Virus record (IMG/VR): IMGVR_UViG_3300032156_000016
Coordinates: 1-50,714 of that record
DNA from: a virus
Lineage: Duplodnaviria > Caudoviricetes
DNA: 50,714 nucleotides
Reading direction: 5' to 3' (one strand)
Below the pieces are notes generated by a model. The model did no database searches. It was not told where the DNA came from and was given only the letters and a program-made list of their open reading frames with translations. Shown in pieces: positions 16,966 through 26,071 of the stretch; positions within the stretch are counted from its first letter, which is position 1, and each line of letters opens with the position of its first letter. Made by a program: the position numbers and the translations under genes.

Positions 16966-17469
16966 ATGAAAATGGTGTTTACTGATTCAACGACTTTTGC
17001 GTTCCCAAATTTGGCTACAAGTAATACAGCTATAACGGCGACAATCCCGATGGCGATTAGAAAAGGGAGACACCCACAAGATTGCGATGTTAGTAGTTTA
17101 ATAGATGTTCTTATTTCATATAATTTTAGTCATGCAAATGAAACCGGAAAATTTTTAATTATAACTGGATATGTGGGATATGGGACTTCATATGTTGTAG
17201 GCCCACCTGCTAATGGAGTTCAAGTTTATTTTCGTAAACATTCGCTTATGACAAATCATGCTTCTCCTTTGACATTACAAAATAGTGCAGCACCAGTTAG
17301 CGGAATAGAAAGACTTACAGTTGTTCCTCCAGTTACGGCCCTTGCTGCTACATATTCAGATTCATTTATGAATGCTTCATTATATCCCTGGGATTATCTT
17401 TATCTTTCTGTAGCCCCAACATATACTGTTGGTTCTATTCAAGTAGTTGTTCGTGGGTATTCAATATAA
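16966..17469 (+). CDS. Putative minor virion protein (beta-rich)
   Basis: GAGGG SD; S/T/V/G-rich composition. Confidence 0.55.
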   Translation: MKMVFTDSTTFAFPNLATSNTAITATIPMAIRKGRHPQDCDVSSLIDVLISYNFSHANETGKFLIITGYVGYGTSYVVGPPANGVQVYFRKHSLMTNHASPLTLQNSAAPVSGIERLTVVPPVTALAATYSDSFMNASLYPWDYLYLSVAPTYTVGSIQVVVRGYSI

Positions 17470-17476
17470 ATATAAT

Positions 17477-17710
17477 ATGGCAATTCATTATGATTTAAAA
17501 CGCGACGTTGTAATTATAGACGAACGAGAGATTAAGTCTGAAGTTATTAAATTAGTATTCCCATTATTTCTAAGAGAGGCATGTAATCGAAAAGTTAAGT
17601 ATATTGGAAAGCACACAATAGGAATAGACAATCATTCAATATTAAGAGATATAGCATTCTTTTATCAACTAGACGAAATGTTTCCTGAAATGTTTACAAT
17701 AAATGCGTAG
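17477..17710 (+). CDS. Hypothetical protein (ATG start 17477)
   Basis: Operonic ORF. Confidence 0.55.
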   Translation: MAIHYDLKRDVVIIDEREIKSEVIKLVFPLFLREACNRKVKYIGKHTIGIDNHSILRDIAFFYQLDEMFPEMFTINA

Positions 17711-17805
17711 CGCGGATTATAATATATCCTCGCGAGCAAGCGAATCCTGTTTCTATACTTTTTTGTGGGGAAAAGTGTGGACTGGTGGATTAGTCTGCGC
17801 TACGC
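17705..17805 (+). ncRNA. About 100-nt closed stem-loop
   Basis: 15-bp stem GCGTAGCGCGGATTA/TAGTCTGCGCTACGC with G-U pairs on the plus strand; inner stems. Confidence 0.55.
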
Positions 17806-17829
17806 GCTAAATTTAGACGGAGGATTAAT

Positions 17830-18012
17830 ATGGCGTACATTTGGGCAGAATTTATTGCTGAGATTACAGATCGAAAGGATGCGCTTCAAGCTCAGTATGA
17901 TTCACTTGAAGCGCAAAATGCGATTGTAGAAGCAAATCTTCTTGTTGTAACTAACCGATTAGCAAAACTTGAAGACCTTCTTGATGATGTAGAAACATTT
18001 ACTGAAGGTTAA
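17830..18012 (+). CDS. Acidic coiled-coil peptide 1
   Basis: ACGGAGGATTA RBS; heptad pattern. Confidence 0.8.
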   Translation: MAYIWAEFIAEITDRKDALQAQYDSLEAQNAIVEANLLVVTNRLAKLEDLLDDVETFTEG

Positions 18013-18039
18013 TGATATAATAATTCACGGAGGATTATC

Positions 18040-18219
18040 ATGGCCTTGAAATGGCAAGCATATGCCGATGAAATACAGAACAGAATTGATGCTGCAACTG
18101 CGGCGTCTGATTCACTAGAAGCCCAGAGCCTTGTTCTTGAGGGTCAAATGACTGTGCTTCTGGCCGATATCGTAGAACTTGATGATCTTATTGATGATCT
18201 TGAAACATTTGAATCATAA
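18040..18219 (+). CDS. Acidic coiled-coil peptide 2 (59 aa), paralog of peptide 1
   Basis: Not in track; MALKWQAYADEIQNRIDAATAASDSLEAQ...DDLETFES; same ACGGAGGATTA RBS. Confidence 0.8.
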   Translation: MALKWQAYADEIQNRIDAATAASDSLEAQSLVLEGQMTVLLADIVELDDLIDDLETFES

Positions 18220-18968
18220 TGAAGAGAAATTATTTTAATATCGAAAATAGAAAAGATTTTGCCGACCGCCTTGAAAAGTTAAGAGCAAGAAAAGAAAGAA
18301 TACAAAAGAACAAAGAAGCAAAGCTACAAAAAATAGCTCAACGCAAGGCGGGTATTAAAGAGATTTCTCCACCAGTAGATGTCCATGATTCTGATCTTAA
18401 GGAAGTTATGGGCATTGATGTGAAGAAGTTTATCCGCTTGATTAAGAAACGATCTGGTGGAAACGATCTTCATATGATGGTGGATATGGTACAGGCGCAA
18501 TCTGCGCTTTCTACTTTAGCTATTGTTGAGAGTATACAGAATAATATTAATAGGAAAGGTATTGATAACATATCGACTGATGATAGGGTTAAGATGCTTA
18601 ATTCTATTAAGGGGGCGATATCTTCATCCAATGAAACATTAAAGGCATTAGGTATAAGTAAAATATCACGCGAGTCTGATGCGCCTGATGATAATGCATT
18701 AAAGATACTTCTTGATGAAGATTTAAAGTATAACATACCTCCAAGTTTAAAGCAAGAGTTTCTTTCTTTTAGTGGCGATATAGAGAGAGCGTCGGTTCCT
18801 ACCATCTCTGACATCTCCTCATCAGAGAAATCTGCTGCACCTGACTCGACAGCCGATGCTCTCTCGCTTATTAAGAAGCCAATTGAATCGTATGAAGAAG
18901 AAAATAAAGAAGGTCGTTCTGCTGGAATTATTAATGCTGATAAAGTAACCGTTAGGGAGCTTGGTTAA
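18219..18968 (+). CDS. Hypothetical protein, possible terminase small subunit
   Basis: Basic N-terminus, helical core, LKALGI motif; function is a guess. Confidence 0.4.
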   Translation: MKRNYFNIENRKDFADRLEKLRARKERIQKNKEAKLQKIAQRKAGIKEISPPVDVHDSDLKEVMGIDVKKFIRLIKKRSGGNDLHMMVDMVQAQSALSTLAIVESIQNNINRKGIDNISTDDRVKMLNSIKGAISSSNETLKALGISKISRESDAPDDNALKILLDEDLKYNIPPSLKQEFLSFSGDIERASVPTISDISSSEKSAAPDSTADALSLIKKPIESYEEENKEGRSAGIINADKVTVRELG

Positions 18969-19431
18969 TATGGCTCAACTTTTGGTGTTGCCTACTTTTG
19001 AGATTGCATTACCTAATGACGATGGCGTTCCGAGAGGAAAAAAACAATTATTTAGAGAAGAATCTCCAACATCTCCTGTTACATTTCTTCAGGTGTGGAT
19101 TAAATGGGTTAATGTAACTGGTGGCAATACCGATAGTATTGGAAATTTAAGTGCATTTGTATATGGGACAGCATTTGGTGAATCATATCCTATAGAACTT
19201 TTCTTTTCTGATGTTGATGAAGATGAAGTTACTACTTATCAACCCTTTGAATTATTTGCATTGGCTGATCCGGCAGACGGATTTAAATTACTTCGATTGG
19301 GTAATTTTAATATACAAGACGGAAGATCATTAAGAATGTTTGGAGAGAATATTTATTTTAAGTTAGATGTTGCGGGTACAGCATATACTGGTGGAACGAT
19401 TACAGCATGTCCAGTTGGGTGGATAGAATGA
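18961..19431 (+). CDS. Putative minor virion protein
   Basis: Beta-rich; lies in late operon. Confidence 0.55.
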   Translation: MVNMAQLLVLPTFEIALPNDDGVPRGKKQLFREESPTSPVTFLQVWIKWVNVTGGNTDSIGNLSAFVYGTAFGESYPIELFFSDVDEDEVTTYQPFELFALADPADGFKLLRLGNFNIQDGRSLRMFGENIYFKLDVAGTAYTGGTITACPVGWIE

Positions 19432-19676
19432 ATGAAGTACTTAGTAAATGTTCAATTAGAGATATAGAGTTCAGGTTAGGATTAATTAATGCTGTTATTG
19501 AAGAAGCGCAACAAGCTGGAGATGAACGCTGGAAGAATTTGGTTTCACAGCAAACAGAATTAAGTGAAGCTTTGGTTGAGAAGCGAATTGCTAATGGAGA
19601 AAAACCAGAGCCGATTGTTGTTAACTTAAAAACTCTTAATTTCAAGGCAACAAAAATGCCATTAAAGAAGGAGTAA
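19428..19676 (+). CDS. Hypothetical protein
   Basis: ATGA overlap with the upstream stop. Confidence 0.65.
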   Translation: MNEVLSKCSIRDIEFRLGLINAVIEEAQQAGDERWKNLVSQQTELSEALVEKRIANGEKPEPIVVNLKTLNFKATKMPLKKE

Positions 19677-19680
19677 TAAA

Positions 19681-20112
19681 ATGGCAGAAGGCGACGGAGC
19701 TATATTTAACAATGCGAAAGAACAATTGCTTCTTGGCGCACTTCATTTAACTACGGATACTATTAAGATTATTTTAGTAGCTGCGTGGACGGCTACTGTT
19801 GATGGAGAAATTACATATACTACATTTCAGGGAGTTACGGAACTAACTACTGGTAGTGGGTATAATGTAGGCGGGGAAACTTTAAGTAATAAAGCAGTAA
19901 CACAAGATGATGGTGCTAATACTGCATATTGGGATAATACAGTAGATATTACATGGACAGCGTTAAATAAAGGAACTCCGAGTCACGCAGTTATTTATAG
20001 TGATACTCATGCAAGTAAGGCTGCAATTTGTTATTGGATATTAGGCCGTGCATCAAATGGTAGTGATTACAAAGTAGCATTTGGTAGTGGTGGAATTATA
20101 GTATTATCATAA
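19681..20112 (+). CDS. Minor tail or fibre-associated structural protein
   Basis: TDTIKIIL...E...G.GY..GG.TL....VT...DITWT pattern typical of small phage tail proteins preceding fibres; AAGGAG SD. Confidence 0.7.
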   Translation: MAEGDGAIFNNAKEQLLLGALHLTTDTIKIILVAAWTATVDGEITYTTFQGVTELTTGSGYNVGGETLSNKAVTQDDGANTAYWDNTVDITWTALNKGTPSHAVIYSDTHASKAAICYWILGRASNGSDYKVAFGSGGIIVLS

Positions 20113-20119
20113 GGAAATT

Positions 20120-22375
20120 ATGGCCTTTCCCGCAGTATCAGGAACTCCTGCTGAGGGAGCCGTTACTTCGGCAGGCACTAGCCATGCCGTTACGTTTACG
20201 CAGACGACGGGGCATCTTGTCGTTATCGTAATCGCAACGGCGGTCACTGTCGAGGTGGTCAGCACCGATGAGGTATTCACTAATCTATTTCCAACCGTAG
20301 GGAATACTCACCGTCTCCATATCTTTTATCGGTATTTAACCGGCTCCGAGGGCGGGACGCACACATTTACGACGGCAAGCACGAAGTCGGCGTGGATTTC
20401 GTTTAACATTACGGGAGCGGATACGGTATTGACGCCTATGGTCGGCACCGTTGCAACTGCGACAAGTAATGCTCCAGATTCTCCGTCATTATCTCCAACA
20501 GGAGGTAGTAAAGATTATCTCTGGATCGCGTGTTTTCAGCAAAACGGCGAAGAAGACGATGACAACACTTGGCAGAATAATACACCGACTGGAACAGGCG
20601 GTGGGTCGTATTCTCCCGCGCTAGGTTATCAGAAAACTACGGGTATCGCTTCAGCCGCTACTACTAATACCCAGGTATGCGCGGCGTATCGTCAATATAC
20701 GGGCGCAACCGAAGACCCGTCAGCATGGAGTACCGATCAATCATTAGCTTGGCGGGCGCAGACAATTGCAATTTATCCCGAAACTCTTATTACTATTTCA
20801 GCACAAAGTATTCCACTTGCAGGATCAGTACCATCATCTACTATTACTGCTCCAGGCACGGCAACTATTAATACTGCTGCTATTTCATTAGCAGGGTCGA
20901 TACCATCTTCTGTTGTTACTGTTCCTGGCGTAGCGACAGTTACAACTACCGCTCTTCCACTAACAGGGTCAATATTATCATCTGTTATTACTACTCCAGG
21001 TATAGCTACGGTTAACGCTGCTGCTATTTCATTAGCAGGGTCGATACCATCTTCTATTATTACCGTCCCAGGAACAGCCACAATAACATTAGATGATTTA
21101 TCTCTAGTAAGTACAATAAATAATATTGCTATATGGATTACGGAGACTATTAGTTTAAATAGTTTGTCTCTAGCGTCTTCTGTAGAAAATTCTGTTATTA
21201 CAACACCAGGAATAGCGACGATAACATTAAGTAATATTTCACTTATAGGATCAATACCAAGTTCTTCAATAACTGTTCCTGGTGTTGCCACTATGACTCT
21301 TAGCGAATTAACCGCCGCGCTTGCTATTCAGAATACTATTGTTTCTGTCCCAGGAGTGGCAAGTATTCCTTTGAATTCTCTTAGTTTAAGTAGCATTGTC
21401 GGAAATATAACTATAGTTCCAATTGGTACAGTTACAATAAACCTTAATGGATTGTCATTAATATCTAGTATTGAATCAGTTATGGTAACTCCACTTGGAA
21501 CCGCAACGGTAACATTAAGTGCGTTATCTATTGGTAGCGCGGTGTATACGATAACAATTGAAATTGGTGGCGGTGAATTAGTTGAGATATCTCTTGATCA
21601 ACTTGATCTTACTTCTTCTATAAATAACTTAATTGTTAGTGTTCCTGGTACTGCAACAATACAATTAACTGGATTGATTGCTAGTTTATCACTAGAAGAT
21701 ATAAGCGTTGTTGGTGTTGGTAGTACAATTATAAGTCTTGATGAATTGTCTTTAATTGCTGATTGTAGAAATATAGCAATATATAGTGTTGGTACTGCAA
21801 TTATAGGATTAAATACTCTTGATTTAATATCTTCAGTAGAAACTATTACTGTTGCGTTAACATACTTACCATTATCTGAAAGATTACCAGCCACCACAGA
21901 AGCAATAATGCCGATTGGGGACATTTCTAAAGAATGGAATATTGCAGTTCCGAATTCAGATCATTTTTCTAACATTAATACGGGAGTAGAAGGCCCAAGC
22001 GCGCCCGATGATGCTTCTTATAATATGACTAATGCTGCTAATAAAACAGATTCTTACGTCTTAAGTGCGGGCATGAGTGGAAAAACAAGAATAGATGAAT
22101 TTACCTGGCAGTTTAGATATGCTGGAGAAGTTATTAATAAAGCCCCAGGTCTTACAATAGAACTTTGGGTAAAAGGAATATTAAGAGCTACATCTTCTGT
22201 TGATGTTAGTACGAATGGTCTTACTGATTATGTCAATGGTCAGGTATCATGGACTGGTTTGAACATAAGCGGAATAGATTGGTATGATGGGCCTAGAATA
22301 ATTAAGCACATAAGTACTTGGAATGTTCCACATGAGCTTGATGAACCAGAAGTATATTATGTTCCGGTGGAATAA
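20120..22375 (+). CDS. Fibre/adhesin-like virion protein with ~24-aa repeats
   Basis: Repeats xPGTATIxLxxLSLxxSIxxxxIT; 38-bp DNA repeat at 20874 and 21018 (144-bp spacing). Confidence 0.7.
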   Translation: MAFPAVSGTPAEGAVTSAGTSHAVTFTQTTGHLVVIVIATAVTVEVVSTDEVFTNLFPTVGNTHRLHIFYRYLTGSEGGTHTFTTASTKSAWISFNITGADTVLTPMVGTVATATSNAPDSPSLSPTGGSKDYLWIACFQQNGEEDDDNTWQNNTPTGTGGGSYSPALGYQKTTGIASAATTNTQVCAAYRQYTGATEDPSAWSTDQSLAWRAQTIAIYPETLITISAQSIPLAGSVPSSTITAPGTATINTAAISLAGSIPSSVVTVPGVATVTTTALPLTGSILSSVITTPGIATVNAAAISLAGSIPSSIITVPGTATITLDDLSLVSTINNIAIWITETISLNSLSLASSVENSVITTPGIATITLSNISLIGSIPSSSITVPGVATMTLSELTAALAIQNTIVSVPGVASIPLNSLSLSSIVGNITIVPIGTVTINLNGLSLISSIESVMVTPLGTATVTLSALSIGSAVYTITIEIGGGELVEISLDQLDLTSSINNLIVSVPGTATIQLTGLIASLSLEDISVVGVGSTIISLDELSLIADCRNIAIYSVGTAIIGLNTLDLISSVETITVALTYLPLSERLPATTEAIMPIGDISKEWNIAVPNSDHFSNINTGVEGPSAPDDASYNMTNAANKTDSYVLSAGMSGKTRIDEFTWQFRYAGEVINKAPGLTIELWVKGILRATSSVDVSTNGLTDYVNGQVSWTGLNISGIDWYDGPRIIKHISTWNVPHELDEPEVYYVPVE

Positions 22376-22560
22376 TGGCAGATGCATCTATTAAAATAAC
22401 AGAAGTGCAGGGGATTGGTAGGTATTCTATTGATCCCCCAAGAAAACCAATTGACATTATAGTTAATAATCCCAGCGTGGTAAATGAATGTGTTTCTATA
22501 AAGTGTTGTGATATTTGTGAATCGTTCCCTCCAACTAATCTAGAGATATCAGTACAATGA
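22375..22560 (+). CDS. Hypothetical protein
   Basis: Coupled on both sides. Confidence 0.6.
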   Translation: MADASIKITEVQGIGRYSIDPPRKPIDIIVNNPSVVNECVSIKCCDICESFPPTNLEISVQ

Positions 22561-22940
22561 TTAAGCTAGAAGATATGACATATGGTGATCGTTGGCCGTT
22601 CCCATACTTTAGATTGTGGGAATGGAAGTTTTCTGGTGGACAGTTCTCAAAAGTAGAAATGTCTTTAGCTTCAGATTTTTCTGTGTTAAAGTTTTCTACT
22701 AGACATGAAGATAATAGAGAAGATATTAATGATCATTCAAAGGATAATATATATTCTGACATGACTTCTGATGGAGACGGTCTTTGTCATTATCAATGGG
22801 GAGCAAATGATACAAATAAAGTTGGAAAGTTTATAGGCAGATTAACAGGGACGAGATCAGATGGTAGATTATGGCATTCTAAAACTTGGTTTTATTATTA
22901 TGTGACTCCTAAATCAAGAGTAGGCACGGAAAGTATTTAG
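22557..22940 (+). CDS. BppU-like Ig-fold protein
   Basis: GD..P...DG.C.YQW...DT...G.F pattern. Confidence 0.5.
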   Translation: MIKLEDMTYGDRWPFPYFRLWEWKFSGGQFSKVEMSLASDFSVLKFSTRHEDNREDINDHSKDNIYSDMTSDGDGLCHYQWGANDTNKVGKFIGRLTGTRSDGRLWHSKTWFYYYVTPKSRVGTESI

Positions 22941-22956
22941 TATTTTAGGAGATAAT

Positions 22957-23298
22957 GTGAAGAATAAAACAATTGTACTTAATGGTAATGTAGCAACATT
23001 ACTTAATTTGCTTAAAATTGGAACGATGATTGCAGCGGCATTCATTGTTGTGAGTCACTTTGTTAATAAAACAAATAATATGGCGAAACAGTTAGATACG
23101 ATAGAGCAAAACCAAATTGTGATGCAGACGGGATTGACCGCCCTAGCCACGACAATGACCAATCATTTAGCGTGGACGGACGCCCGCAATGCTCAGATTG
23201 ACCAGACGTTTGAATCTCATTTAAAGAGGATCGAACGAATAGAACAAACACTTAGTTTAAAAGATGCACTGGACAGAACAGAAAAATATAGGAATTAG
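22957..23298 (+). CDS. Membrane-anchored coiled-coil protein (lysis cassette)
   Basis: N-terminal TM; directly upstream of endolysin. Confidence 0.6.
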   Translation: MKNKTIVLNGNVATLLNLLKIGTMIAAAFIVVSHFVNKTNNMAKQLDTIEQNQIVMQTGLTALATTMTNHLAWTDARNAQIDQTFESHLKRIERIEQTLSLKDALDRTEKYRN

Positions 23299-23311
23299 AA
23301 GTTGGTGAATT

Positions 23312-23725
23312 ATGCCTAAGTTTGGAAAAGGATCATTGGCTCAACTTGAAACCGTACATGATGATTTATCTAAAATTGCAGAAGTACTTATAAGGTATTA
23401 TGATTTTACTGTGGTGTGTGGTTTTAGAAATGAACAACAACAAAACGAAGCATATGAAAAAGGATTTAGTACTAAGAAATGGCCAAAAAGTATGCACAAT
23501 AAGTATCCATCATTGGCTATGGATTGTGTTCCATATCCTTCTATGTGGGAAGACAAAGATAAACTTTTGATTATGTCTGGGTTAATCATTGGAGTGGCAA
23601 TAAACTTATTTGAAGAAGGTAGGATTTGTCATTTGATTCGATGGGGTGGAGATTGGAATAGAAATTGGGAAATCAAAGACGAAAAGTTTTTCGACGTAGC
23701 TCATTTCGAGTTAGTAAGCGTGTAA
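23312..23725 (+). CDS. Endolysin, M15 family (L-Ala-D-Glu peptidase-like)
   Basis: GFR...Q, SMH..AMD, RWGGDW, D.AHFE motifs. Confidence 0.92.
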   Translation: MPKFGKGSLAQLETVHDDLSKIAEVLIRYYDFTVVCGFRNEQQQNEAYEKGFSTKKWPKSMHNKYPSLAMDCVPYPSMWEDKDKLLIMSGLIIGVAINLFEEGRICHLIRWGGDWNRNWEIKDEKFFDVAHFELVSV

Positions 23726-24069
23726 TTATATGGTTGATTATAGTTATATCTTATTTCTTATTTAGTATTATTCGCGCAAAAGAACCAAGTAAGAAATTGG
23801 TTCCGATGTATACTCCATATCGTATAGAGAATAGTGAAAGTTTATTTAATATTGGATACAACACGAGATGGAGAACAAAGGCAGGGGTTGAAGGATTTCT
23901 TTTCACCAGAAATCCTCATGCCTTAATTAGTAGTTTACCAAAGAATATGTATATCTTTGAAATTATAGCAGTAAATAAATCTGGATTTATTAGTGAGTCT
24001 AATTGTAGTTTATTAGAAATACTTCACCCACTTACTAAGTACGGAAGAGTACAAAAAGAAAATAAGTAA
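23665..24069 (+). CDS. Membrane protein with FN3-like fragment (start uncertain)
   Basis: TM VIIWLIIVISYFLFSII; YIFEIIAVNKSG motif. Confidence 0.45.
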   Translation: MGNQRRKVFRRSSFRVSKRVIIWLIIVISYFLFSIIRAKEPSKKLVPMYTPYRIENSESLFNIGYNTRWRTKAGVEGFLFTRNPHALISSLPKNMYIFEIIAVNKSGFISESNCSLLEILHPLTKYGRVQKENK

Positions 24070-25358
24070 TGTCTATTTTTTATATAAAGCAAGACGGAGA
24101 TGATTTAAAGTCTGGAAACAGTTGGACAAACGCATGGAAAACGCTTGATAGACTTACTATATATCATACACTTGTTGATAATGATGTTGTTGTTGTTCGA
24201 CCTGGCATAAACGGATCACCATATTATCCATCATTAACTATTAGATGGTGGTGTCAGAATGTAATTTATATTAGTGAAGAGCGAGCTTTAATTACCGGCG
24301 TTATTAGTACGAAAGATAATTATTATATTGGTGGTATGGTTAAAGTAGACGGTACTTATTCTACTGATGTCGGAGATGGAGAGGGAGATATCTTCGGTAG
24401 TGATATTCAAGGTATATGGATACCAGGCGGGCCACATAATTGTAGTGGATTTATACTTGATGGATTTGATTTTAATAATGCAAATCGTTCAGCCGTCTGG
24501 TCTTCAATGCCAGTTTCATATAGTAGAAGTTTATCACAAGATTATGAAATGAGATATTGTAAAATTGATAAAACTGGAAGTAATGGATTATATATTAGGA
24601 ACGCTGATGGGTTTTTATTAGAACGTTGTGAATTTACTAGATGTGCTAAAGAAGATTATTTGCTGGGTCATGCTACTTATTTTCAATGTTGTGATAACAT
24701 TATAATGCAAGATAATGTAAGTCATCATAATACAGGGCGTAATGGATTTTACATTAATGGTGGGCATGCTCCAGAAACAGGAGCGCAAACATTTTGTACT
24801 AATCCAATAGTTCGTAGAAATATATCATTTAGTAATCCTTCTAATGGAATGACATTTGTAAATGTGATAGGTGGAAGATGTGAAAGTAATCTTGTGTATG
24901 ATGTTCTTCCATTATTTACCGATGCAGATGCAGGGATTCGTGTTTGTACTGATAAACTTGCATCTCCTAGTGATCCTACAGATGGATTGATATTATGTAA
25001 TAATACGGTAGCTGTCAATGGAATAAGCATGAGAGGAATATGGTTACAAGGCGCACTTAGTAATCCGAGTATTGTAACAGAAACTAAAAATTGTATTGTG
25101 TTTAATAATATAGCTTTTAGTTATAATGCAGGTGTTGCTATTTTGGATTCATCTCCAGGTGGCTTAAATTTTATAGATACTGTTAGTAATAAAAAATTAA
25201 GATATAGTATGTCATTACTTAGAGAATATTTCATTGATCCTGATAATGGAAATTATAAATTAAGATTAGATTCTCCGGCAAGAAACTTTGCAGTATCTAA
25301 TTATCATGGAGCAAATTCTGCTTCTGATGATTTAGATCGAGTGATAAGGCAGGTATAA
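24069..25358 (+). CDS. Right-handed parallel beta-helix (pectate-lyase-like) protein
   Basis: FYI..GDD..SG.SW..AWKTL N-motif; repeated I.NN..N..G turns; F.DP..G.Y.L..DSPA tail. Confidence 0.85.
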   Translation: MSIFYIKQDGDDLKSGNSWTNAWKTLDRLTIYHTLVDNDVVVVRPGINGSPYYPSLTIRWWCQNVIYISEERALITGVISTKDNYYIGGMVKVDGTYSTDVGDGEGDIFGSDIQGIWIPGGPHNCSGFILDGFDFNNANRSAVWSSMPVSYSRSLSQDYEMRYCKIDKTGSNGLYIRNADGFLLERCEFTRCAKEDYLLGHATYFQCCDNIIMQDNVSHHNTGRNGFYINGGHAPETGAQTFCTNPIVRRNISFSNPSNGMTFVNVIGGRCESNLVYDVLPLFTDADAGIRVCTDKLASPSDPTDGLILCNNTVAVNGISMRGIWLQGALSNPSIVTETKNCIVFNNIAFSYNAGVAILDSSPGGLNFIDTVSNKKLRYSMSLLREYFIDPDNGNYKLRLDSPARNFAVSNYHGANSASDDLDRVIRQV

Positions 25359-25359
25359 T

Positions 25360-25533
25360 ATGCCTAATATAAAAGACCTTGCCCCAAAAGATAGACAAAG
25401 ATTATTAGGTTGTGTTGCTAATAAGAATAGTAAATGGAGAAAGGAGAATAAAAAAACAGATAACGACAAAGTTCCACAAGAAGTAAATCAGAAACATTAT
25501 TCAGAATGTGCAAAAGATTTAGGATTGGAGTAA
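25360..25533 (+). CDS. 57-aa hypothetical protein
   Basis: Not in track; MPNIKDLAPKDRQRLLGC...LGLE fills the gap. Confidence 0.6.
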   Translation: MPNIKDLAPKDRQRLLGCVANKNSKWRKENKKTDNDKVPQEVNQKHYSECAKDLGLE

Positions 25534-25535
25534 TC

Positions 25536-25775
25536 ATGGCAAACGTAGATGGTCTTCATAATGTTGGAAAGAAAGTTTGGGATGTTATCCAAGCTGCACG
25601 CGACGGGGTACAGTTTAAAGATGCAGTTGAAGTACAAGAATTATTTATGGCCTGTATTGCCGTTAAAGATGATCTCGATACAAAACCGGAGCTTGTTGCT
25701 TCTGCATTAAATATTGAAGCTGGATTTGCTGATGCCATTGCTGATATGTTACGCGGAAGCGCGACTCCAGTATAA
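25536..25775 (+). CDS. Hypothetical protein (start 25536)
   Basis: GGAG SD before MANVDG. Confidence 0.7.
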   Translation: MANVDGLHNVGKKVWDVIQAARDGVQFKDAVEVQELFMACIAVKDDLDTKPELVASALNIEAGFADAIADMLRGSATPV

Positions 25776-25786
25776 AGGAAGTTACA

Positions 25787-26071
25787 ATGACAATTCCAAA
25801 CGAAGGAAGAGATATCATTTGGGTTGCAGTTTCCACTGTTGCTTCAATGTTATTAGGATGGTTACAGAAGAAGATTAAGAAACCCGACCCGAAAATTCCT
25901 AATAGTACTATTCCACTTGTGAATACTACTGCATCCGGCGTAGTCGGTACGTTGGCCGGTGGGCCTATCGGTGGATTGTTAGCTATTGGCGGGTCTGTAA
26001 TTGGTAATATTGTTCATGAAGTTTATAAGAGTAGACAGGTCGCTGACGCTGTTACTCCAGATAGTAAATAA
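25787..26071 (+). CDS. Holin-like membrane protein with glycine zipper
   Basis: Hydrophobic segments; GxxxG repeats. Confidence 0.55.
   Translation: MTIPNEGRDIIWVAVSTVASMLLGWLQKKIKKPDPKIPNSTIPLVNTTASGVVGTLAGGPIGGLLAIGGSVIGNIVHEVYKSRQVADAVTPDSK

Noticed and set aside
20874-21055. 38-bp repeat pair as a DGR template/variable repeat
   Set aside because: No reverse transcriptase; copies are identical and in frame within a protein repeat
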